Assembly (NCBI GenBank): GCA_963763775.1
Contig: CAVXPZ010000001.1
Location: forward strand, 928,001 to 992,000
DNA: 64,000 bases
Direction of reading: 5' to 3'
From: an uncultured Chloroflexia bacterium
GTDB lineage: Bacteria; Chloroflexota; Limnocylindria; Limnocylindrales; CSP1-4
Position 1 is the first letter of the stretch; each line of letters opens with the position of its first letter. The translations under genes were made by a program, and so were the position numbers. The notes below the pieces were generated by a model. The model was not told the DNA's origin and made no database searches. It saw only the letters and a program-made list of their open reading frames with translations. Below are positions 8,807-21,089 of this stretch, piece by piece.

Positions 8807-9894
8807 GCCTCCGCCACCCACGGCAGCGCGTCCACGCCGTCGCGCACCGCGGCCCACAGCCGGTCCGCCCCGAACCGCACGGGATCGTCGGCGGGAAGCC
8901 CGGTCAGCGCCTCGGTCTCCGCGATGAGTCGGCGGGCATCGGCCTCGTCCGCGTACAGCGAGGTGTTGAGGGCGATCGCCACGACCTTGGACGGCGCGAC
9001 GAGACCCGCGACCTGCTCGTGCAGCCGGATGAAGTCGGGGAGCGGCGCGATCGGGAACGTGACGCCGGGCAGGTGGTCGAAGTCGTGGTCCGTCATGCCG
9101 GGCTTGTAGACCATGACCATGGCCTGCGGCGTGGCGCCATGGATCAGCCCGAGCGTGACCGACGAGTAGGCTGGGTGGTCCAGCGATCCCTGGCCCTCGA
9201 CGAGCACCCAGTCTCCCAGGTCCTCGCCCTGCTCGACGAGCCACTCGACGGTGCCCTGTGTGAAGTCGCTGATGAGCCGGTCGACAGCGACCCCCCAGCC
9301 CTCGATCATCATCCCCGTCTGGCCTGTCGGCACGAACACCGCCGACTGTCCGGCCGCGAGGGCGGACTTGCGCATCTCGAGGGCGACGGACATCTTGCCG
9401 ATGGCGCAGTCGGTGGCCACCGTGAGGATCACCCGCTTGCCGGGACCGTGCCGTCGGCCGACGGCCGTCTCCATCCGCTCCGGCGGTCGCCGGTAGTCGA
9501 CGATGGTCGTGCCCCGTGCGGCCGCGGCCGCCGCGAACTCGGCGTCGTCGCCGATGAACGTGTGGAGCCCGGACAGCACATCCAGGCCGGCCGAGATAGC
9601 CGCCAGGATCGTGGTCCGCCACTCGGGCGGCAGCTTTCCGCCGGTCGGGGCGATCCCGATGAGGAGCGCGTCGGGGCGCATCGGCCGCGCGAGCGCCTCG
9701 TCGAGCGTCGCGACGATCGGGATGTCGTGCCCGGGCAGGAACTCGTCGACGTTGCGCCCGGCCTGGCTGGAGTCCAGGACCGCGACCACGTCGTCGCGGC
9801 CGTAGCGGATGACCCCGTAGGCGGTCTTGGCGTGGTGGTCGCCGAACTGGCCTTCGGTGAGGATGACGAGGCGGCGGCGGTCGGAGGGTCGCAT
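8803..9894 (-). CDS. DUF1611 family protein (DgcN-like D-glutamate N-acetyltransferase)
   Basis: AKTAYG, GIAPTGG, SGLH, TDCAIGKM, TGQTG, VEGQGSLDHPAYS motifs. Confidence 0.85.
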   Translation of the reverse strand: MRPSDRRRLVILTEGQFGDHHAKTAYGVIRYGRDDVVAVLDSSQAGRNVDEFLPGHDIPIVATLDEALARPMRPDALLIGIAPTGGKLPPEWRTTILAAISAGLDVLSGLHTFIGDDAEFAAAAAARGTTIVDYRRPPERMETAVGRRHGPGKRVILTVATDCAIGKMSVALEMRKSALAAGQSAVFVPTGQTGMMIEGWGVAVDRLISDFTQGTVEWLVEQGEDLGDWVLVEGQGSLDHPAYSSVTLGLIHGATPQAMVMVYKPGMTDHDFDHLPGVTFPIAPLPDFIRLHEQVAGLVAPSKVVAIALNTSLYADEADARRLIAETEALTGLPADDPVRFGADRLWAAVRDGVDALPWVAEA

Positions 9895-9958
9895 CCCGGG
9901 AGTCTACGGAAACGACGACGCCCCCGGGACGTGCCGAGGGCGTTGGAATGGTCGAGGT

Positions 9959-10035
9959 TGGTACCGCATATCGGATTCGAACCGATGATCTCCGCCTTGA
10001 GAGGGCGGTGTCCTAGGCCTCTAGACGAATGCGGC
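9959..10035 (-). tRNA. tRNA-Glu (anticodon CTC)
   Basis: Reverse complement GCCGCATTCGTCTAGAGGCCTAGGACACCGCC-CTCTCAA-GGCGGAGATCATCGGTTCGAATCCGATATGCGGTACCA. Confidence 0.95.
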
Positions 10036-10123
10036 AGGCATCGCAGCGGTGGGACCGCCGGGCGGTCGGGATGATACCAGATGGTGCCCCGAGCCCGGCT
10101 CGGCGGCCAGCTCGGACCGGCGG

Positions 10124-11015
10124 CTACAGCCGGTGCGTCTCGAGGAACCCGCGGATCGCGTCGGCCACCTGCTGGTAGCTCGACTCGCCGACGATCAGTC
10201 CGTAGTGCGAGTGCGCCCCGAACGGCTCGTACTCTGCGTCGAGCCATTCCGCGAGACGCTCGGCGTCATCGGCCGTCGACCGTGCGATCGAGCCCGGCAC
10301 TGATGACGAGGCGCGGCACGGCCTCCACGCCGCGCCGGTCGACCGACACGCCGGCCAGCATCTGGCGGCGCGCGGCGCCGGCCTCGTGCGGCTTCTGGCC
10401 GAGCAGGTGCTGGACACGCAGGACGTCGGCGAGCGTCAGGTCCCGATGGTCCCGCAACAGTCGCTCGGGGAGCGTCTCCCAGCCGATCACCGACCGGCCG
10501 TAGACCTCGGGGATCTCGCGCAGCTCGTACGGCCGGACCGGCAGGCGGAGCTCACGCGGCATCTCCGGGCTGAGCAGGACCAGGCCGGCGATCGGCATCC
10601 GCTCGGCGGCCTTGAGGGCGAGCAGGCCGCCCATCCCATGGCCGACCACGACCGTGTTGGCCCCGAGCCGCTCCAGCGCCGCGACGACGTCCTCGGTGTA
10701 CGTGTCGAACGAGAGCTGCGCCGGGTCGGCCGTCTGCGACCAGTAGTGGTTGCGCAGGTTGAGGGCGTGCCCTTCCCACCCGCGGCCGGCGAAGTACCCG
10801 AGGTAGCGCTCCCAGAGCCACGACCCGGTCAGCTCGCCGTGGAGGAACAGCAGCGGCTTGCGCCGCGAGCGGCGCTCGGGCAGCCACGACTCGATGTAGA
10901 GGCCCCGCTCGTGCAGCTCGATCTCGTCCTTCCGGACGGGTCGGCCGTTGATCGGCGGGAGCTGCGCCTGCGCGAGGATGGCGTCGGGGGTCTGGTCGGG
11001 CAACGGGCTCACCAT
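10124..11015 (-). CDS. alpha/beta hydrolase fold protein lacking nucleophile Ser (frameshift ~10275)
   Basis: PLLFLHG, ALNLRNH, VVVGHGMGG; C-terminus AEWLDAEYEPFGAHSHYGL in adjacent frame. Confidence 0.75.
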
Positions 11016-12333
11016 TCGTGCGGGTTGATGACGAGGCCGGTCAGGGCCTTCGGGTAGAAGTAGGTGGACTTCTGCGGCATCACGTCGCCGTCGGCGGCGA
11101 CTGCCGATGATCGAGGCCACCGGCGTGGGCTCGAGCAGGAACGCGGCACCGGCCCCGTCGTTGGCGTCGTCGACGCGCTGGATCGCGTCGGCGGCGGACT
11201 TCGTGTACTCGACCGCGCCGGCCGCGACGGCGTCCGGACCGATCCCGAGGAGCCGCTCGAGGGCGACGCCCAGCAGGACGACGTCCAGGTCGCGCAGGGC
11301 CGCGCCGCCCGACGGGCAGGTACGGCTCGAAGGCCGAACGGCGGGCCGTCAGCGAGGCACCACCGGCCCGCGTCCACAGGCCGAACCGGCCGCCACCGCC
11401 CTCGGCCAGCCCGGCGGCATCGAACCTGTACCGGAGAGCGTCGGCGGACACGTCGCGCTCGACGTCGAACAGGTCGGACGCCGACCCGAGGAGTCGTTCG
11501 GCCGCGTCGGCATCGAGGTCTCGGACGATCCTGTGGGTCGGCAGGACGGTGAGCGCGTCTCGGCCGGTCGGCAGGAGGAGCATCAGCACGTAGTCGAACG
11601 CCGGGTCCTCCTCGCAGGACCGGCTCATCCGCCGCTCGTCGCGATACCGCAGCGCCGTCTCGTACCGATGGTGGCCGTCGGCGATCGTCACGGGCGCGGC
11701 ACCGGCGGCAGCCGTGAGCGCGGCCACGTCCTCCGCGAGGTCGCCATCCGCGGGCACGGCCCACAGGCGATGCCGGACGCCGTCGTCGTCGGTGACATCG
11801 ATGTCGGCCGGACCGGTCGTGCGCGCCTGCAGCAGCCGAGCCGCCGTCCCGGCCGCGTCGTCGAACAGTCCGACGACCGGGCTCGTGTTCACGCCGGTCG
11901 CTCGGAGGAGCTTGTAGCGGTCCTCCTTGGGCGCGGACATCGTGCGCTCGTGCGGCAGCACGCCGGCGCCCGGCCCGAATGGCTCCAGTCGCAGGCGGGC
12001 GAAGAACCCGCGCTGCGAGCGCTCGACCGTCGTGCCGGGGACGCGGTAGTCCTGCTGGTACACGTAGACCGACGGATGCGGGTCCTTGTGCAGCACGCCA
12101 CCGGATCGCCAGGCAGCCAGGGTCCGCGCCGCACGCCGATAGCGGTCGTCGGGCTCGTCGCCGTCGGCCTCGGTCGGCAGGTCCAGCCGCACGACGTTGT
12201 CCGGGTGGCGGTCGAGCAAGCGCACCCGGGCGGCGGCATCGATCACGTCGTACGGCGGCGCGACCACGTCGGCGAGGTCGCCGACGGTCGACGGCTCGAA
12301 CCGGAGGGCGCGGAAGGGTCGGATCTCGGGCAC
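11009..12333 (-). CDS. DUF1015 family protein (frameshifts ~11310, ~11105)
   Basis: IRPFRALRF, APPYDVI, VLPHERT, IADGHHRYETA, C-terminal MPQKSTYFYPK. Confidence 0.88.
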
Positions 12334-12528
12334 AGGGACCTTCACGGGCGCGGCATCGGGGTGCCGACAGGCTGCGGGACGACCGCATCGTACGATAGCG
12401 GCCGCCGCCGCGCGACCGTCCATCCCGGGGACCCTGATGGACGCCGGGGCGTTCGACGCAACTTTCCCTCGGGGCGAGGCGTCCTTGCTCCGACCATACC
12501 CCCGCCGGACCGACTGCTCGGAGTCTTC

Positions 12529-14968
12529 GTGCGTCTACGAATCCTCGCCGCCGCCGCGCTGCTCCTCCTGTCGCTGGGTGCGGCGGCGACCCCCGTGTCC
12601 GCCCTGGACGGCCTCACGATGGAGGCCCACACGATGCTCGGCGGCCATGCCCGGGTCGGGTCGTGGATGGCCATCGCGGTCCACCTCAAGAACGACGGGC
12701 CGCCGATCCAGGGTGAGCTCCGGTTGGTCGGCGGTTCCCAGGGCAAGACGCGATTCGGCACGGTGGTCGACCTGCCGACGCAGTCCGACAAGACGTACGT
12801 GCTGTACGCCCAGCCGCCGGCGTTCGGGCAGCAGATGGACATCGCGCTCTTCTCGGGCGACCAGGAGCTCGACACGACGCGCACGAAGTACGCGATCCAC
12901 GACGCCGGGCAGATGACCATCGCCGTCATCGCCGAGCGGCCCGGCGACATCGTGAGCGGCATCGATCTCGTCCCGAACCAGAACCAGGTCACGCCGGTCG
13001 TCATCCAGCTCACGCCCGAGGACCTGCCCGAACGGGTCGAGGCGTGGGGCGGCGTCGACCGCATCATCTGGCAGGACGTCGATTCGAACCGCCTTACCCC
13101 AGCGCAACTGGCGGCCCTCCAGGGTTGGCTCGCCGGCGGGGGCCGGCTCGTCATCGTCGGCGGCACGACCGGCCCGAACACCCTGTCGGCCTTCCCGGAC
13201 ACGCTGCTCCCCTACCGCCCGACCGCGACGGTCGACGTCGCCGCGAGCTCGCTGTCGTCGCTCCTCGGCACGACGCCCGCCGGCACGCCGGACATCCCGG
13301 CCCTGGGCGGGTCGCTCACGCTCGGGCGGCCGGGCCCTGGTGACGAGCGGCGACCGGGTCGTCGCCGCCGACCGCCCGTACGGCAACGGCGGCGTGACCA
13401 TCATCGGCTTCGACCCCACCACACGCACGCTCGCCGATGCGGGCACGGTCAAGGACCTGTGGCGGCGGGTCCTCCCGACGCGGACCTCGACGGGCAGCAT
13501 CGTCGGCGACGACAACCAGCTGCTCAGCGCCGTCTCGCAGTTGCCGCAGGTCGCCCTGCCGCCGATCGGCGGCCTGATCGCCCTCCTCGGCGCCTACATC
13601 CTCCTCGTCGGTCCCGTGAACTACCTGGTCCTCAAGCGGCTCGATCGGCGCGAGTGGGCGTGGATCACGATGCCGGTGCTCATCCTGGTGTTCGCCGTGG
13701 GTGCCTACGCGTTCGGCTCGCTCCTCCGCGGGAGCGATGTCCTCGTCAACCAGGTCGCCATCGTCCGCGGCGCCACGGGCACCACCGACGGCGCCGCGCA
13801 GGTCTACGTCGGGGTGTTCTCCCCGTCGCGCGGCACCTACCAGGTCCAGATCCCCGGCGGCGCGCTGCTCTCGGCGCCGATCTCCGGCGATGTCTTCGGC
13901 GGTGACGGCAACGGGTCGGCGCTCGACATCCTCCAGGGCGACCCGGCCCGCGTCCGGGACCTGGCGGTCAGCTTCGGGTCGCTGCGGGCGATCCGTGCCG
14001 AGACCCCGGCCAAGGTGCCGCTCGTCGAATCGGACCTGCACGTCGTCGACGGCCGCCTGACCGGGACCATCAAGAACGCGTCCGAGGTGACGCTGGAGCA
14101 GCCGGCCGTCGTCCTCGGGTCGACCGTGGTGACGCTCGACGACCTCCCCGCCGGGGCGACGGCGAAGGTCGACCAGCCGATCGTCCAGGTCGCCTTCGGG
14201 CAGCCGTTGTCGGACCGGGTCGTCGGCTCGTCGTTCTTCAACGACCCGGGCAGCGCGACCCCGGACATGATGAACCGCTACATCCGCCACACCATGGTCG
14301 ACCAGCTCACGTTCGACCCGAATTGGGGCACGACCAACCAGCTCACCGCCGACGGCGCGGTCATCCTCGGCTGGGGCAGCGGCAGCCTGCTGCCGGTCGA
14401 GATCGCCGGCCAGAAGCCGCAGGCGTCGGGGAACATCCTCTACTACCTGCCGGCGAACGTGACGGTCAGCGGCAAGACCACGTTCCGTGGCGACCTGATG
14501 CGCTCCGACGTCATCGAGACCGACGCGCCGTTCTTCGGCAAGGATCCGTACAGCATGAGCTTCGGCCGCGGCACCGCCACCGTCGCGTATCGGCCTCTGG
14601 CCTTCGACGGCACGATCGCGCCGAGCCAGCTGTCGCTGGGCATGAACTGGGCGGGCGACCAGCCGGTCCCGGACAAGCCGCAGGCGATCGCGCCGCTCCC
14701 GGCCATCCCGCCACCCTGCACCGACACGACCAAGCCGGAGTGCTCGCAGCTCAACTGGGACGGCATGCCCGAGGTGGAGGTCTTCGACCTCACGGCCGCC
14801 GACTGGGTCCGCCTCCCGCACCTGACGGGAGGCAGTCGGTACGCGCTCGGGGAGCCCGCCCGGTACGTCGACCCGGCCACGGGGACGGTCCTGGTCCGCT
14901 TCGTCAACGACCGTGGCGACAGCGTAGGCTTCAGCTTCGACGTGTCACTGACGGGGGACATCCGATGA
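12529..14968 (+). CDS. large exported/membrane protein with GATase-like segment (frameshift ~13335)
   Basis: Signal peptide; AALQGWLAGGGRLVIVGG; YILLVGPVNYLVLKRLDRREWAWITMP TM hairpin. Confidence 0.75.
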
Positions 14969-15928
14969 GCGCGATCGTCCGCACCGACGGCCTCGTCAAG
15001 CGCTACGACGGCACGCTCGCCGTCGCGGGCGTGGACCTCTCGGTCGAGCCAGGCGAGATCTTCGGCCTGGTCGGGCCGAACGGCGCCGGGAAGACCACGA
15101 CGATGCGGATCCTCGCGACCCTCCTGCGGCCCTCGAGCGGCGACGCGGAGATCGCCGGCTGGTCGGTCACCCGGAACCCGGATGAGGTCCGTCGCGTCCT
15201 CGGGTTCATGCCGGACGTCTTCGGGGTCTACGACGACATGAAGGTCTGGGAGTACCTCGACTTCTTCGCCCGCTGTTACGGGATCCCGGCGGCGGGGCGG
15301 CGCCGGATGATCGGCGACCTGCTCGAGCTCGTGGACCTTGGCGACAAGCGCGACGCCTACGTCCAGACCCTCTCCCGCGGGATGCAGCAGCGGTTGTGCC
15401 TGGCGCACGCCCTCGTCCACGACCCGCAGATCCTGCTGCTCGACGAGCCCGCGTCCGGGCTCGACCCGCGAGCGCGCGTGGAGCTGCGCGAGCTGCTGCG
15501 GGAGCTGCGGGCGCTCGGCAAGACCATCGTCATCAGCAGTCACATCCTTCCCGGAGCTCGAGGAGCTGTGCACGAGCGTCGCGATCGTCGATCGAGGCCA
15601 GGTGCTGGCCCAGGGCCGCGTCGCCGACATCGAGCAGCGGCTCCGCTTCGGGGCGGTCCTGCGCGTGCGGGTCCTCGCGGACGATGCCGGCCATGTGGCG
15701 GCTGTGGCCCACTTCGCCGCCGACCCGGACGTGGCCTCCGCGACGCGTCTCGAGGACGACACGATCGAGCTGGCGTTCCGCGGCGACGACGACGCCGCGG
15801 CGAGGCTCCTCGCCGGCGCCGTGGCGAGCGGCCTGCGGATCGTGACCTTCGCGCGGGCCGCCAGCGACCTGGAGGAGCTCTTCCTGCAGGTGACCGCGAC
15901 GGACGCGGCGCCGGTGCTGCTGGCATGA
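14965..15928 (+). CDS. ABC transporter ATP-binding protein (frameshift ~15551)
   Basis: GPNGAGKTT, LSRGMQQR, LLLDEP, SSH. Confidence 0.9.
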
Positions 15929-17061
15929 CCGAGACGACCGCGGTCCCGAGCGGCGGCCGCCACCCGTTCCGCGCCGTCCGACGCACGTTCGGCGGGATCA
16001 GCGCGGTCGGCGCGAAGGAGCTTCGCGGCCGCATGCGCGGCCGACGCGCCTTCGTGATCCTCACCCTGTACCTGCTGCTCCTCGGCGGGTTCGCGTGGAT
16101 GTACGAGCTGATCCTCGCCGCTCAGGTCAGCGTGGGCGTCGGCGGGTCCGCGGCCTTCGCCTCGGCCCTCATCGGGCAGGAGATCTTCGGTGGCCTGCTG
16201 ATCCTCATCACGCTGCTGGTCGTCTTCCTCGCCCCGGCGTTCACGGCCGGGGCGATCAGCCTGGAGCGGGAGAAGCAGACGCTCGACATGCTGGTGACGA
16301 CCCCGATCTCCTCGTTCGCGATCGTGATCGGCAAGCTGCTCAGCGCACTGACCTACGTCTTCATCCTCATCGGCGCCTCGATCCCGATCACGGCGATCGT
16401 GTTCGTCTTCGGCGGGGTCGCGCCGGACGACGTCATCCGCGGCTACATCGTGCTCATCGCCACGGCGCTGGGCCTGGGAGCCTTCGGCCTGTTCTGCTCG
16501 TCGATCGTGAAGCGGACGCAGGCGGCCACCGTCATCACGGTGTTCGGCGTCCTCGCGATGACCCTCGGCTCGATCTTCATCCTGTACTTCTGGAACGTGA
16601 TGGCGAGCCTCTCGACGAGCGGGCAGCAGGGCCTCGGGCCGATCAAGGGCCGGGCACCCGAGGTCATCGCCTACCTCAATCCGTTCCTCGCCCAGGCCGA
16701 CATCATCTGCGGGACCCAGACCACGTACGGCGCCTGGTGCGACCGCTACGCCCAGATCATGGGCGGCCAGAACGGGATCATCTTCACCGGCGACGGCACC
16801 AACGGCGGCGGTCCAGTGATCGGGGCGCCGGTGCCGGCACCCGGGTTCGTGGTCGGGAGCGACACCACGGGCGGCGGGTTCGCCCAGCCGTCGACCATCA
16901 CCGCCTTCGGCGTGTCCCGTGATGCGTTCTGGCCCAAGACCGTCGTCGCGTGGCTCGTCGCCGCGGTCGTGATGATCCTGTTGTCGATCCAGCTCGTTTC
17001 GCCGACACGGCGCTGGCGTCCGCATCTCCCGAGACGTCGCCCCAAGGCACCGCCGGCATGA
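15925..17061 (+). CDS. ABC-2 type permease
   Basis: KELRGRMRG, APAFTAGAISLEREKQTLDML, multiple TMs. Confidence 0.85.
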   Translation: MTETTAVPSGGRHPFRAVRRTFGGISAVGAKELRGRMRGRRAFVILTLYLLLLGGFAWMYELILAAQVSVGVGGSAAFASALIGQEIFGGLLILITLLVVFLAPAFTAGAISLEREKQTLDMLVTTPISSFAIVIGKLLSALTYVFILIGASIPITAIVFVFGGVAPDDVIRGYIVLIATALGLGAFGLFCSSIVKRTQAATVITVFGVLAMTLGSIFILYFWNVMASLSTSGQQGLGPIKGRAPEVIAYLNPFLAQADIICGTQTTYGAWCDRYAQIMGGQNGIIFTGDGTNGGGPVIGAPVPAPGFVVGSDTTGGGFAQPSTITAFGVSRDAFWPKTVVAWLVAAVVMILLSIQLVSPTRRWRPHLPRRRPKAPPA

Positions 17062-19026
17062 CCCGCCCGACCGTGCCGTGGCGGCGCCGACGGCCGCCCT
17101 CGATCGACGGCCCCGCCATCGTGCCCGAGGACCCGCGCCTGGCGATCGAGGGCCCGCTCGATCCGGCGTTGCTGGCGATCCGCGCGGCGCTCCGCGCCGA
17201 TCGACGTCGCTTGTGGGTCCGGCGGATCGTGCGCCGGACCTGGCTGGCGCTCGCGGCCGTGATGGTCGCCGAGCTCGTGCTGTGGACCGTCGCCCGCTTC
17301 GTGCCGATCGAGTGGACCGCCCAAGTGGCGGTGGCGATCCCGATGATCGGGGCGGTCGCCCTCCTCGTGGCCGTCGCCCAGGCGCGGCCTTCGCTCGGCG
17401 AAGCGGCCCTCGCCGTCGACGCGGAGGCGCACCTCGGCGATCGCGTCTCGAGCGCGCTGGAACTCGCCGTCAGCTTCCCGGACTCCGCGCGCCCCGTCGA
17501 CCCGGATGCGACCGCCGTCACCGAGGCCGACGGGGACACCACGCTCGGTGACGCCGCCCAGGCCGATCGGTTCGTCCGTCGACAACGAGCCGATGCCCTC
17601 GCCGCGCTGCGAGCCGCGCCGACCAACCTGTTCCGCCCTCGCTTGTCGCGGCAGCCCGCGATCGCCCTCGCCGCCGCGACGCTGCTGCTCGTCCCGGTCC
17701 TGGTGATCCCGAACCCGCAGGACGCGGTCGTCGCCCAACAGCGGCAGGTGCGCGACGCCGCCGACCGTCAGGCCGAGCGGCTGGACCAGCTGGCCCACGA
17801 GCTCGAGACCAAGGGGGCGAACGCCGATGATCCCCGAACACGGCTGGCCCAGCAGCTCCGCGACCTGGCCCGACAGCTTCGCGACCGGCCGGATCAGCTG
17901 GACGTGAACCTCGCCCGGCTCGGGTCGGTCGAGAGCGATGTCCGAGCACAGGTCGACCCGGCGACCGAGCAGCGCGCGGCGTCGATGACGTCACTGAGCC
18001 GCGCCCTGTCGAGGGCCGCCACCGGCAAGCCCGACGCCAACCGTGACGGCGACCCGCGCCAGACCCAGGAGGATCTCGCCCGGCTCGGGGACCAGCTCGG
18101 CGACAAGACGCCGCAGGAGCTCGCCGATCTCGCGCGGCAACTCGCCGAGCAGGAGGCGACCGCGTCCGGCACGGACGGCGCGGCGTCGCAGGCGCTCCAT
18201 GACGCCGCGCAGAGTCTGTCGCAGGGCGACACGGCCGGAGCCAAGGCCGCCCTGAACCGATTGGGTGACGCGCTGACGGGGACGAACCAGCAAGTCGCCA
18301 CGAACCGCGACCTCGCCGGCGCGGCCTCGCAGCTCCAGGACGCGCGCCGCGACCTCGCCGACGCCGGGCGCCAGACCGCGCAGGGACAGCAAGGGCAGGG
18401 GCAGGGTCAGGCGCAGGGCAGCCCGCGACCGAGTGGCAGCCCGGGGACGGGCCAGGGGCAGGCGCAGGGCAGCCCGGGCACAGGCCAAGGGCAGGGGCAG
18501 GGGCAGGGGCAGGGTCAAGGGCAGGGCCAGGGGCAAGGTCAGGGCCAGGGGCAAGGTCAGGGGCAGGGGCAAGGTCAGGGGCAGGGGCAGGGTCAGGGCC
18601 AGGGGCAGGGCGGCAGGGGCAGGGGCAAGGTCAGGGGCAGGGCAAGGCCAGGGCGCCATCGGCGGCGGCGGCTCGAACGCCCGCTCGCTCGGCAACGGCA
18701 TGGGCGGGAACGGCCGACCCGCCGGGCCGACCAACCCGAACCGGCCATCCCAGCTCGGCGCGGACCTGTCATCCGTCTACGCGCCGTTCGACCGTCTGGG
18801 CAAGCCCGGCGACCCGTCGTACATCGCCGGCACGGGCGGCGACGGCCAGACCCAGCAGGGCAACGGCACCGGGACCGGCACGAACAACGGGGCGCTGACC
18901 CCGTATCAGCAGGTCTACGCCGACTTCGAGCAGTACGCGCAGACGTCGCTCGAACGCGGCTATGTCCCGATCTCGGTGAAGGACTACGTCCGGGACTACT
19001 TCAGCTCACTCGACCCCAAGCGATGA
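17058..19026 (+). CDS. membrane-anchored coiled-coil protein with (GQ)n repeat (frameshift within repeat)
   Basis: TM pair, LGDRVSSALE, coiled coil, GQ repeat, C-terminal VPISVKDYVRDYFSSL. Confidence 0.75.
18386..18655 (+). repeat. hexanucleotide coding repeat encoding (Gly-Gln)n
   Basis: Runs of CAGGGG/CAGGGC/CAAGGT. Confidence 0.9.
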
Positions 19027-19070
19027 CGACCGGCGCCGAGCGACCGGCGGCCGACCCAACGGAGGCACCC

Positions 19071-20084
<1,014 letters not shown>

Positions 20085-20111
20085 CGGGTCCACGGACCCG
20101 GACGGAGCGAC

Positions 20112-21086
20112 GTGACCGGACCGCAGATCGGGCCGCCCGACACCGCCGAGGGCTCGGCCCGGCCGGCAGGCGGGAGCACGCGCGGGGCGTTCCTGCCGAG
20201 CGAGGTCGACCCGACCGTCTTCGACGAGACGTTCCTGCGCCAGCTCGAACGGCTGATGCTGCTCATGCGCGCTCCGGTCCGGGGCGGGCTCAAGGGCGGC
20301 CGACGGAGCGTCAAGCGCGGCCAGTCGGTCGAGTTCGCGGACTACCGCGACTACGCGCTCGGCGACGACCTGCGGCAGCTCGACTGGAACGTCTACGCGC
20401 GGCTGGAGAAGCTGTTCGTCAAGCTGTTCGTCGAGGAGGAGGACGTCACCGTCACGCTGCTCGTCGACGCGTCGGCGTCGATGGCAGTCGGTGACCCGTC
20501 GAAGCTGCTGTTCGCGAAGCGCGCCGCGGCGGCGCTCGGCTACATCGGTCTCGGCAGCGAGGACCGGGTCGCCGTGACGGCACTGGCCGGCCGCACGGCG
20601 CGGCGGCGGAACGCGATGCGCGGCTCTGGCCGCGTGTTCCGGTTGCTCGCCGACCTGTCGGCGATCGAACCCGCCGAGGGTCCGACCGACCTGCTCGCCG
20701 CGGTCCGGCACGCGGCCGCGCAACTCCACGGTCGCGGGGTCGTGATCCTGCTGTCCGACCTCCTCGACCCGTCGGCGGACCGCGTCATCCGCGACCTCGC
20801 TGCAACGGGTTCTGAATTGGTCATCCTGCACATCCTGTCGCCCCAGGAGCTCGACCCGCCGCTCGAAGGCGACCTGCGGCTCGTCGACAGCGAGACCGGC
20901 GAGGGCATCGACGTCACCGTCGATCTCGCCACCATCGACGCGTACAAGGCCCGGGTCACGGCGTGGAAGGCCGGGTTCGCCGATCTGGCCGCGAAACGAC
21001 GCGCGAGCTACGTGGACCTCGCTTCGGACGTGAACCTCGCGGACCTGATGTTCGCCGAGCTGCGACGGCGCCAGGTCCTGGGCTGA
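20112..21086 (+). CDS. DUF58 domain protein
   Basis: GQSVEFADYRDYALGDDLRQLDWNVYAR, LVDASASM. Confidence 0.92.
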   Translation: MTGPQIGPPDTAEGSARPAGGSTRGAFLPSEVDPTVFDETFLRQLERLMLLMRAPVRGGLKGGRRSVKRGQSVEFADYRDYALGDDLRQLDWNVYARLEKLFVKLFVEEEDVTVTLLVDASASMAVGDPSKLLFAKRAAAALGYIGLGSEDRVAVTALAGRTARRRNAMRGSGRVFRLLADLSAIEPAEGPTDLLAAVRHAAAQLHGRGVVILLSDLLDPSADRVIRDLAATGSELVILHILSPQELDPPLEGDLRLVDSETGEGIDVTVDLATIDAYKARVTAWKAGFADLAAKRRASYVDLASDVNLADLMFAELRRRQVLG

Positions 21087-21089
21087 CCG

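Noticed and set aside
5166-10035. tRNA-anchored genomic island or restriction-modification system
   Set aside because: No integrase, no duplicated tRNA 3' end, no nuclease and no obvious compositional shift.
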